This document shows positions 54,818 through 62,903 of a DNA stretch of 64,000 bases, in pieces (within the stretch, counting starts at the first letter, position 1; the number at the start of each line of letters is the position of its first letter). The notes beneath the pieces are model-generated. The model had not been told where the DNA came from, did no database searches, and saw only the letters and a program-made list of their open reading frames with translations. A program made the translations under genes and the position numbers. Source of the DNA: an uncultured Eubacteriales bacterium. GTDB taxonomy: Bacteria; Bacillota; Clostridia; Christensenellales; CAG-314. The stretch is from NCBI GenBank assembly GCA_949289125.1, contig CASEME010000013.1, positions 7,712-71,711 on the forward strand, given 5' to 3'.

Positions 54818-55831
54818 TTAGTCTATCACAATTATGTTGCTTCTTGAAGACAGATTGTCGGGCTTGAGCTCGGCAAGTTGTACGTCCAACTTTGCAAAGT
54901 CCAATTTGTCACCTGTCATATCGTCCACGTTGACAGTATTGGTGACAAGCATATTGATTGCACTTGGGAAGTTGCCACAGCCGTTGTACACGCCCATTAT
55001 GTTGAGGTGCTTTTGTGCAATTTGCGCTACGGATATGCGACTATCCTTGTTGCCGTAGCCCGATACGCATATAGTGCCGTTAAATGCAGCAATAGAGTAC
55101 ACATCGTGCATGTTGTATTTGCTGTTGGTAAAGTAGACTATCTCTTTGCACATTCTGCCGCCTGTCATCATCAGCACTTCTTTTTCTACGTCTTTTTCGT
55201 TGGTGTCCACGGTGTAGAATATACCCAATTTTTTGGCTTCGGCAAGCATTTCTGTGCTGTCGCTTATAAGTATAGGTACTGCCTGATAGTACGCCAACAG
55301 TTGCGCAACTATTATGCCTACTTTAGTAGAGCTTAGTACGGCAATATGTCTGCCCTTTTCTACGCGCAGTTTGTCTACTATGTTAAGCCCCATAGCCACG
55401 TAAGATACAAACAATGCTTTTTCGTTTGACAATGCGTCGGGCAGTTTGTGCAGGATAGCACTCGGAAGGTTGACAAAGTTGCCAAGTAGTCCTTGCGAAT
55501 TGATGCCAAGCTCGCGCATGTTTTCGCAGTCCTCATAGCGTTCGGCATTGCAGTCTGCACAAGCGGTGCAAGGTATATATGGCTCTATAACAACTCTGTC
55601 CATCTTTTGTAGCATCGTGCCTTCTGCCGCTTCGGACACAACGCCAACGGCATTTCTGCCCATTACAAAGGGCATTTTGCATTTTGTCTTGCCGCTGTAT
55701 ACATCATAGTCAGATTGCGAAAAAAGCACCTGCTCTATTTTTACCTTTACGTTATTTTCTGTATCTATTGCTTGCGGATCGAAGGTATCCAATCGCAAGG
55801 TTTTTGGTTGAGTTAATACCCATTGTTGCAT
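54818..55831 (-). CDS. medium-chain dehydrogenase/reductase (zinc-ADH-like) family protein with atypical catalytic-zinc site
   Basis: 337 aa. The structural-zinc cluster CTACADCNAERYEDC is present. SQSDYDVYSG and MGRNAVGVV occupy the positions of the canonical C..H and GHE motifs. Confidence 0.8.
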   Translation of the reverse strand: MQQWVLTQPKTLRLDTFDPQAIDTENNVKVKIEQVLFSQSDYDVYSGKTKCKMPFVMGRNAVGVVSEAAEGTMLQKMDRVVIEPYIPCTACADCNAERYEDCENMRELGINSQGLLGNFVNLPSAILHKLPDALSNEKALFVSYVAMGLNIVDKLRVEKGRHIAVLSSTKVGIIVAQLLAYYQAVPILISDSTEMLAEAKKLGIFYTVDTNEKDVEKEVLMMTGGRMCKEIVYFTNSKYNMHDVYSIAAFNGTICVSGYGNKDSRISVAQIAQKHLNIMGVYNGCGNFPSAINMLVTNTVNVDDMTGDKLDFAKLDVQLAELKPDNLSSRSNIIVID

Positions 55832-56055
55832 AGGTCAGTAAATCTCCTTTGTATGCACCAAACTGTAATTGTTTTTGCATATATTGGCATTATACCAAAT
55901 TTTGCCCGTTGTGACTACCATTTACGCATTTTTTGTATTCCACTGATAGTAGAGTAAAAGATTGCCACATATTGCTTGACTTTTGTTGTGTGCTTGTATA
56001 TACTTCACCTTAATTCGTTGCGGACGCACAAGTTGCGTATTCAAAGGTGGTTGAT

Positions 56056-56703
56056 ATGAAAATACAGTATCTTGGTCATTCGTCTTTTCGTCTTATTAGT
56101 GACATAGGCACAACAATAGTTACCGATCCTTACAACAAAGAGTTGGTTGGTTACGCTATGCCCAAAGTGCGTTGCGACGTAGTTACCGTCAGTCATCAAC
56201 ACGACGACCACAACTATGTTGAGGCATTGAACGGCAACCCTGCTGTGGTGGACAAAGTGCTGTCCTGCCCTGCAGATGACGTTGCTTTGGATGGCTTTGT
56301 GGTGTGTCATGATAACAAAGGCGGCTCTTTAAGAGGGCTCAATACTGTGTTTTGCTTTTCTATAGACGGCATCAAATTGGCACACATGGGCGACATAGGC
56401 GAGAAGAAAGAGAGTGTAGTAGACCGTTTGGAAGGCACAGACGTACTGATGATACCTGTAGGTGGCTTTTATACTATAGATGCCGATACTGCCAAATGGT
56501 ATGTGGATAATATCCGCCCCAAAATAGTATTGCCTATGCACTATGCAACACCCGATTGTACGCTCAATATTGCTCCGCTTGCCGACTTTACAGATAAGTT
56601 TGACCAAGAGTACGTCAAGTACCTTGATTGTGACACTTTGAACATTGACCAACAGCCCGATTATCCTACAACAATAGTAGTATTGCCAAGATATCAGGAT
56701 TAG
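56056..56703 (+). CDS. MBL-fold metallo-hydrolase (UPF0173-like)
   Basis: YLGHSSF and VSHQHDDH are present. AGGTGG RBS at the moved start MKIQ. Confidence 0.85.
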   Translation: MKIQYLGHSSFRLISDIGTTIVTDPYNKELVGYAMPKVRCDVVTVSHQHDDHNYVEALNGNPAVVDKVLSCPADDVALDGFVVCHDNKGGSLRGLNTVFCFSIDGIKLAHMGDIGEKKESVVDRLEGTDVLMIPVGGFYTIDADTAKWYVDNIRPKIVLPMHYATPDCTLNIAPLADFTDKFDQEYVKYLDCDTLNIDQQPDYPTTIVVLPRYQD

Positions 56704-56770
56704 AAGTGTAGCTTGCTCAACTTTGTTCAATAATTTGTACTAAATTTCTTTATTTTAAGTCGATTATTTG

Positions 56771-56799
56771 TTGACAACTGCCAAAAAATTTGCTACAAT
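56771..56799 (+). promoter_or_regulatory. promoter TTGACA-17-TACAAT for the tRNA cluster
   Basis: TTGACA at 56771-56776 and TACAAT at 56794-56799. Confidence 0.65.
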
Positions 56800-56850
56800 A
56801 ACTAAGCTTTGACAGTAAAGGCGATAGTCCTGCTGTAAGAGGTACAAAAT

Positions 56851-56927
56851 GGCGGCGTAGCTTAGTTGGTTATAGCGGCCGGTTCATACCCGGCAGGTCG
56901 TTGGTTCGAGTCCGACCGCCGCTACCA
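56851..56927 (+). tRNA. tRNA-Met (CAT), elongator type, CCA encoded
   Basis: GGCGGCGTAGCTTAGTTGG...CCGGTTCATACCCGG...GGTTCGAGTCCGACCGCCGCTACCA. Confidence 0.88.
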
Positions 56928-56930
56928 TAC

Positions 56931-57006
56931 GGCTCCTTGGTCAAGCGGTCCAAGACATCGCCCTTTCACGGCGGTAACACGGGTTCGATTCCCGTAGGAG
57001 TCACCA
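56931..57006 (+). tRNA. tRNA-Glu (TTC), CCA encoded
   Basis: GGCTCCTTGGTCAAGCGG...CGCCCTTTCACGGCG...GGTTCGATTCCCGTAGGAGTCACCA. Confidence 0.9.
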
Positions 57007-57009
57007 TAT

Positions 57010-57085
57010 GGGGAGTTAGCTCAGTTGGGAGAGCATCTGCCTTACAAGCAGAGGGTCACAGGTTCGAGCCCTGTACTCCCCACCA
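57010..57085 (+). tRNA. tRNA-Val (TAC), CCA encoded
   Basis: GGGGAGTTAGCTCAGTTGGGAGAGC..TCTGCCTTACAAGCAGA..GGTTCGAGCCCTGTACTCCCCACCA. Confidence 0.9.
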
Positions 57086-57095
57086 AAACAAAGAG

Positions 57096-57121
57096 AACAC
57101 CGAGTATATCGGTGTTTTTTT
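57096..57121 (+). terminator. terminator of the tRNA cluster
   Basis: AACACCGA-GTATA-TCGGTGTT followed by TTTTTT. Confidence 0.85.
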
Positions 57122-57364
57122 GTTGTCTTTTTTGGGACAATAATCCACCGTTTATTTTGTAGGATTTGCAGTATTTTAGGTGTTTAGCAATATACAGTTT
57201 GCATTGTAGTATAATCGTATTTCAACTTTTGTGGGCGCAGATATTGACTTTTTTGTGTCACATGGTACAATACAATTAGTTTTGTCGTTTGCAAATTGAT
57301 ATAAAAGGTTGCAGCTTTTTGCAAAACAAATACATTTTGCGCTTGTGCGCAACAAGGAGAAGTT

Positions 57365-57574
57365 ATGAAACATTTGCCGTTGATACTTTTTGTGATGGGC
57401 TTAGTATTTGCAGTAATAACAGTAGTATTTTATTGTGTGGGCTTTTTTGCATATGGTCAGGGGACATTTGTCATTTTGGGTTTGGTGTTCCAAGTGTTGA
57501 CCTGTGCTGTAGGTGTTGTACGTTTGGTATTGCAACGCCGTTTTGCTTTAAGCCCCCAATCTGTCAAGCAATAA
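57365..57574 (+). CDS. small 2-TM membrane protein (69 aa)
   Basis: AAGGAGA RBS. Upstream promoter TTGACT-16-TGgTACAAT at about 57244. Two hydrophobic helices. Confidence 0.6.
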   Translation: MKHLPLILFVMGLVFAVITVVFYCVGFFAYGQGTFVILGLVFQVLTCAVGVVRLVLQRRFALSPQSVKQ

Positions 57575-57591
57575 TATTTGTATTTACATAT

Positions 57592-57624
57592 AAACAGCCG
57601 TCGCACATAGTGCAACGGCTGTTT
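57592..57624. terminator. bidirectional hairpin terminator
   Basis: AAACAGCCGTCGCAC-ATA-GTGCAACGGCTGTTT. Confidence 0.75.
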
Positions 57625-57642
57625 GTTATGTAGTCAACAATT

Positions 57643-58083
57643 CTATTGGGCAGTATCTTGTTGTTTGTTGGTGTACATATTTGTTTTTAACAACATTACA
57701 AACAACAATACTATAGCCGTACCAAAGGCTGCGTGTCCTACACCGGCCAAGCCAGATATTGCTGCGTCTGCGCCCGCAGAAACAGGTGTTTGCAAAGTTT
57801 GCAATATGCCTCTTACAATAAACATCACTACCATATACGGCAAAGCAACATTGTAAAGTATCATTGTGGGTTTGTACAACTTGTGTTGTTCAAGGTTGCT
57901 GTGTGTTGCTATCATGCCTATTATCAGCATCATTATTGTGCCCATCACAAAGAAGTGCAGGTGAGCAACTGCAAGCGATGTTTAGCCCGTAAAACCGTTC
58001 CATTTGGTAAATTCGCGGTAAAACACTCCGCATACCATTGCCGCAATAGCATATCCAAAAGCTATTTTGAAGTATTTTTTCAT
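57643..58083 (-). pseudogene. DUF2871-like membrane protein gene interrupted by an in-frame TAA (codon 34)
   Basis: ATG 58083 (AAGGAGA RBS) reads MKKYFKIAFGYAIAAMVCGVFYREFTKWNGFTG*TSLAVAHLHFFVMGTIMM... in a single frame. The stop is at 57984-57982. Confidence 0.7.
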
Positions 58084-58247
58084 TTGTTTCTCCTTTTTAT
58101 TTGGTGTACAAGCAATACGCAACAGCTTTTTCGTTTTGTATTACTATTGGTAGTATACAGTAAGTTAATTTATTTTGCAACTTATTGCAAGGCGTACAAT
58201 GTCTTTTGTAAGTAAGTTACTTGGCACGTCAAAGTGTTGGGTAAAAT

Positions 58248-58277
58248 TTGACAGCAACAAACCAATTATGATATAAT
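58248..58277 (+). promoter_or_regulatory. promoter TTGACA-18-TGaTATAAT
   Basis: TTGACA at 58248-58253 and an extended -10 with TATAAT at 58272-58277, driving the TIR-like gene. Confidence 0.6.
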
Positions 58278-58297
58278 ACACAAAAAAGGAAGATACT

Positions 58298-59163
58298 ATG
58301 AAAATATTTGCTGTACATCGCGGTAAAGACGCTGAGAAAATAAAACAGATAAGCGACAAAATAGTAGACTATCGTACAGGCTTTTTGCAACTCAATTCCA
58401 ACGACAAACATTGGCATCGTTCGGCAAAGCGCATGATAGAAATGCCGATATAGTAATATATTTTGTAGGCAACGAGTTTACGGAAAATATAGATTGGGAA
58501 ATAAAAACTGCCAACAAACTAAACAAAACTATATATTTGTACAAGTTGTCACAATGCGACCAAAAAATAATTGACCGCTTCAAACATACCGATGACTACG
58601 GTTTGGTGCAAGATAAATATAATGAGCTAAGTTTGCAAGCCATCATTGATATGAAGCAAAAACAGGAGCCGAGCGTGTCCGAAAACTTGTACAATAGTGG
58701 CGTTAGCAACGGCGATTATATGTTGGAGCAGTACAAGTTGATGATATAAACTACCGAAAGCTCCATAGAACGCCGTCAAAAAGTATCCAATACATACATA
58801 ACAATAAGCAGTATTTTTATGCCCATCATATCTGCTATGATTGCAAGTAGCGACAAGTGGCTCAATTTGTCCAGCATAATAGTGTCGCTTATATCTATAG
58901 TGCTGTGTTGCTCGTGGCTCAATACTATTCATTCGTACTGCTTAACTAACAGCGCAAAGTTTGAAATAATAGAAAATATCGAAAAGTCTTTGCCCCTGTC
59001 TATGTTTAGAGCAGAGTGGTATGTGCGTTCGGCTCGCAACAAAAAGATAGTGTCATTTACTTCAAGGGAGAAAAACATCCCCATTATATTTATTGGTGTT
59101 AACATTGGGTTTATTGCTTTGGCAATAGTGCTTTTTTGTCTGCGTCATTTTGCAATAATATAG
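58298..59163 (+). pseudogene. TIR-like (DUF1863-type) domain fused to a 3-TM C-terminal module; disrupted by a 1-nt deletion (about 58440) and an in-frame TAA (58747-58749)
   Basis: Three fragments (58298-58453, 58411-58749 and 58750-59163) join into about 288 aa: MKIFAVHRGKD...HWHRSAKRMIE/NADIVIYFVGNEFTENIDWEIKTANKLNKTIYLY...EQYKLMI*TTESSIERRQKVSNTY... followed by TM helices. AAGGAAG RBS. Confidence 0.6.
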
Positions 59164-59184
59164 AGAGCTATATCAAGGTGTTGT

Positions 59185-60150
59185 ATGAACAAACCGATAG
59201 ATATTTCCAAAGTAATAATCCATACCGAACGACTAACTTTGCGTGCGTTTACACAAAACGACCTCAACGATTTGTACCAATACGCCAAGGTTGATGGCGT
59301 AGGGCAAATGGCAGGCTGGACGCCGCACAAAAACATTGCCGAAAGTCAACAAATACTCGATATGTTTATCAGTGGCAACAAAACGTTTGCTATAGAGTAT
59401 CAAGGCAAAGTTATCGGTTCGGTAGGCGTAGAGCAATACGACGAAGCGTTGTTGCCGCAACTGCAACAGCTTAGCGGCAGAGAGATAGGCTACGTTTTGT
59501 CCAAAGAGTATTGGGGCAACGGATTGATGACTGAGGCTGTTAAGGCAGTTATACAATACCTGTTTGAGTGTCAGCAGTTGGATTTTATTGCAATTACTCA
59601 TTACAGCTACAACACACGGTCACAACGCGTCATACAAAAGTGCGGATTTCAATATGTCAAAGACGTGCAACTTTCAACACGTTACAACACCGTGGAGCAA
59701 TCCAAGCTGTATATATTGTACAACAATGCCACATCGCAAAAGGAAAGTGGGCAAGTAGATGTTGGTAAGCCAAATTGTATGCACACTATGCAGTTACACG
59801 CCTCGCCTTTTGACAAAATAGCAGATGGTAGCAAGACAATAGAGTTGCGTCTGTACGACGCAAAACGCAAGGCAATCAACGTGGGCGACAAAATATTGTT
59901 TTGGTGCAAAGAAAGGAAAGGCACATTAGTTGCAACAGTGAAAGCAATGGATGTGTTTGACAGCTTTGAAAGTCTGTATAAAGTGTTGCCGTTGGACAAG
60001 TGCGGTTACAGTATAGGAGAGCTTGCAACGGCAAGCGCACAAGATATGTTGCGGTATTACACAAAAGAGGACATTGCTCAATACGGTGTAGTGGCAATAC
60101 ATTTAACTGATGTTGCTTGGACACAAAATTATGGCACCATACGTGCGTGA
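59185..60150 (+). CDS. GNAT (RimJ/RimL-like) N-acetyltransferase fused to a C-terminal ASCH domain
   Basis: N-terminal part: RLTLRAF..DL..LY.., GREIGYVLSKEYWGNGLMTEA. C-terminal part: MQLHASPFDKIADGSKTIELRLYD..INVGDKILF. Confidence 0.8.
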   Translation: MNKPIDISKVIIHTERLTLRAFTQNDLNDLYQYAKVDGVGQMAGWTPHKNIAESQQILDMFISGNKTFAIEYQGKVIGSVGVEQYDEALLPQLQQLSGREIGYVLSKEYWGNGLMTEAVKAVIQYLFECQQLDFIAITHYSYNTRSQRVIQKCGFQYVKDVQLSTRYNTVEQSKLYILYNNATSQKESGQVDVGKPNCMHTMQLHASPFDKIADGSKTIELRLYDAKRKAINVGDKILFWCKERKGTLVATVKAMDVFDSFESLYKVLPLDKCGYSIGELATASAQDMLRYYTKEDIAQYGVVAIHLTDVAWTQNYGTIRA

Positions 60151-60221
60151 GCCAATAACAAAAAATTGACAAAGTAATCACTATATGCCACCATTGGCAA
60201 TTTGTTGGTGAGAGGACAACT

Positions 60222-61133
60222 ATGGATATTATACAAATACGCAATCTCAAAAAGTCATTTGGCACAGTAAAAGCTGTGGATGATATCAGTTTCAACGTGC
60301 AAGAGGGTAGTTTGTTTGCTTTTTTGGGCATCAACGGTGCGGGCAAAAGCACAACAATCAACATTATCAGTACGCTACTCAATAAGGACAGCGGCGAAGT
60401 GTTGGTAGACGGTTTGGACGTAACAAAAGACGCTGAAGCCGTGCGCAATCGCATAGGTATGGTGTTTCAGGGCAGCGTATTGGACAAAAGACTGTCGGTA
60501 AAAGATAATCTCAAAATACGTGCGTCTTTTTACGGCATTTACGGAGAACAGTGGAAACAGCGCTATTTGGAGCTTAGCAGTATGTTTCAGCTCGAAGAAA
60601 TACAAAAGCGTCCTTATGGCAAACTGAGTGGCGGACAGCGCAGAAGGGTAGACATTGCAAGAGCATTGATCAACCGTCCCAAAATACTTATTTTGGACGA
60701 ACCGACAACAGGCCTTGATCCGCAGACAAGAAAAAGTGTGTGGCAAACTATCAGTGAGGTGCGCAAAACCACCAATATGACGGTGTTTTTGACAACGCAT
60801 TATATGGAAGAATCTGCCAATGCCGACATGGTGGTGATTATTGACAATGGCAAAATTGTTGCGCAGGATACGCCTGTGCGCCTCAAAGATAAATATTCGG
60901 GCGACTATGTAAAGATATATCGCGCTCGCAACGAGCAGACAGACGCTTTGTTGGTAAATAATAACTACCGTTATGTGGACAATCATTACGCAGTCAAAGT
61001 TGGCTCGGGTAAGGCGGCAATAGAGTTTGTCAAAAAGCATCAGGATATCTTGGATGACTTTGAAATTGTCAAAGGCGATATGGATGACGTTTTTCTTAAC
61101 GTTACAGGCAAAAATTTGAGGGAACAACAATGA
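60222..61133 (+). CDS. ABC transporter ATP-binding protein (ABC-2/DrrA-like)
   Basis: GINGAGKSTT, LSGGQRRRVDIARAL and ILILDEPTTGLD are present. Confidence 0.92.
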   Translation: MDIIQIRNLKKSFGTVKAVDDISFNVQEGSLFAFLGINGAGKSTTINIISTLLNKDSGEVLVDGLDVTKDAEAVRNRIGMVFQGSVLDKRLSVKDNLKIRASFYGIYGEQWKQRYLELSSMFQLEEIQKRPYGKLSGGQRRRVDIARALINRPKILILDEPTTGLDPQTRKSVWQTISEVRKTTNMTVFLTTHYMEESANADMVVIIDNGKIVAQDTPVRLKDKYSGDYVKIYRARNEQTDALLVNNNYRYVDNHYAVKVGSGKAAIEFVKKHQDILDDFEIVKGDMDDVFLNVTGKNLREQQ

Positions 61134-62062
61134 GAACAGATATTATTTGTTTGGGCAATCTTGTCAAGCGTGAGCTCAAACTGTTTTTGAAAGATAAAGC
61201 GGCGGTGTTTTTCTCACTGCTTGCGCCGCTAATTATTTTGATGTTGTATGTGCTGTTTTTGGGTGACTTGCAGGTTAGTGCGGTGGAGCAGGCGTTTGAG
61301 GGTACAACGGTATCGCACTCACTTATCAAGTCGTTTATTGACGGTTGGATGCTTGCAGGCGTTGTGTCGGTGTCTTGCATTACGGTGGCGTTTTCGGCGT
61401 ACAACGTTGTACTCAATGATAAAGAAAACGGCACTTTGGACGACATACTTGCAAGCCCTGTCAAACGTTGGGTAATTACTGCAAGCTACTATTTTTACAA
61501 CTTTGTAGTAACTTCCGTTATATGCGGATTGTTGTTGGTGGTAGTGTTTGTCTACCTTGCAATAAGCGGTTGGTATCTTACTGTAGGGCATACCTTTGCA
61601 ATAGTGGGTGTTACCGTACTGTCTATTGTTTCGTCTACACTGTTTGCAACGGCAATTTGCGGTTTTCTCAAAACAACCAACGCACATTCGGCGTGCGTGG
61701 GCATATTGAGTGCAATTATCGGCTTTTTGATTGGTGCATATATGCCTGTAGATATGTTCCCCAAAGCCGTGCAATATATAATATTGTTTGTGCCCGGTAC
61801 GTACAGTGCAGGCGTGTTGCGCAACTTGTTTATGAGCGGAGTACTCAACGAGATAGGCAAAGACGCACCTTACCATGTCGAACCGCTAAAAGACAGCTAT
61901 TCTATGAATATGGACTTTTTCGGACACACAATAGGTCAGGACTTTATGCTGTACGCTTTACTTGTAACCATTGTGTTGCTTGTGGCAATCAACGTTGGCA
62001 TCTTTTTTATACGCAAAGCAACAGCCAAAAAGCCGCACATCAAGCGTAAAAGTGTGCAATAA
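61130..62062 (+). CDS. ABC-2 type transporter permease
   Basis: ATGA overlap with the ATPase gene. 6 TM helices. Confidence 0.85.
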   Translation: MRTDIICLGNLVKRELKLFLKDKAAVFFSLLAPLIILMLYVLFLGDLQVSAVEQAFEGTTVSHSLIKSFIDGWMLAGVVSVSCITVAFSAYNVVLNDKENGTLDDILASPVKRWVITASYYFYNFVVTSVICGLLLVVVFVYLAISGWYLTVGHTFAIVGVTVLSIVSSTLFATAICGFLKTTNAHSACVGILSAIIGFLIGAYMPVDMFPKAVQYIILFVPGTYSAGVLRNLFMSGVLNEIGKDAPYHVEPLKDSYSMNMDFFGHTIGQDFMLYALLVTIVLLVAINVGIFFIRKATAKKPHIKRKSVQ

Positions 62063-62158
62063 GTAATTTGTATCAATAATAGACAAAACGCCTATACATG
62101 CGCCACGTGCTTGTTGACAAACAGGTGTGGCGCATTATACATAAATTTACATATAGTG

Positions 62159-62812
62159 ATGGGTATTATGACAAGAAAAAGCGAAATTTTGCGCACAATC
62201 AACCGAGTTATGGCAGCTATCAACATTGTGATAGCCATAGTAGTTACTATTATTTATTTGCGAGTATCTTTTTGGTATTTGTTTGCAGGGCTGTGGGCTA
62301 TTTTTTGCATAGTCGTATCTGCTACTTTTATCGACCTTATTTTTGATATAGCAGACGAAGTGGTCGCCAACGGTAGTCAAGTGCGCAAAACAACTTCTGT
62401 TGTGTTGGTAGAAAGCAATGTGCAAAAGAAAATACTGCAGGAGTTGCAACAACTTAGAGCGCAACTTGGCAGTGCAAGTGGCGGCACATTGACCTCGAAA
62501 CCTACAAAAATTGACAATACAACTGTATCGTCCAACGAACAACAGCAAGAGAGCAATATGCAAACAATAAGTGAAGATGAATACAAACACTTTTTGGGGG
62601 AAATAGACTCGGCGACAAAGGCTGAGCAACAAAGTAAGTTGCGTAATGATGAGCAAATGGAAGTGGAAACAATATTGACCACCATAGGTTATGATACAGC
62701 AATGAGTTTGCAACAAAAGACAAATTGTCTGCACAAGCTACAGAGGCTAAAGGAACAAGGCAAAATAAGCAACAATGTCTTTGAAGAAGTCAAACAACGT
62801 TTGTTTGAATAG
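62159..62812 (+). CDS. membrane protein (2 TM) with coiled-coil region and C-terminal SHOCT-like motif
   Basis: TM helices are VMAAINIVIAIVVTIIYL and LFAGLWAIFCIVVSATFI. The C-terminus LHKLQRLKEQGKISNNVFEEVKQRLFE resembles SHOCT. The start is uncertain (62111/62159/62168). Confidence 0.6.
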   Translation: MGIMTRKSEILRTINRVMAAINIVIAIVVTIIYLRVSFWYLFAGLWAIFCIVVSATFIDLIFDIADEVVANGSQVRKTTSVVLVESNVQKKILQELQQLRAQLGSASGGTLTSKPTKIDNTTVSSNEQQQESNMQTISEDEYKHFLGEIDSATKAEQQSKLRNDEQMEVETILTTIGYDTAMSLQQKTNCLHKLQRLKEQGKISNNVFEEVKQRLFE

Positions 62813-62821
62813 TACAAAGCA

Positions 62822-62860
62822 AAACGAGGTACAAGCAGTACCTCGTTTGTTTGTTTTTAT
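62822..62860. terminator. bidirectional terminator
   Basis: AAACGAGGTAC-AAGCA-GTACCTCGTTT followed by GTTTGTTTTT. Confidence 0.85.
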
Positions 62861-62903
62861 ATTATTGTTTGACAACATGGTCAATTTTTTGTGTAACAGC
62901 CAA

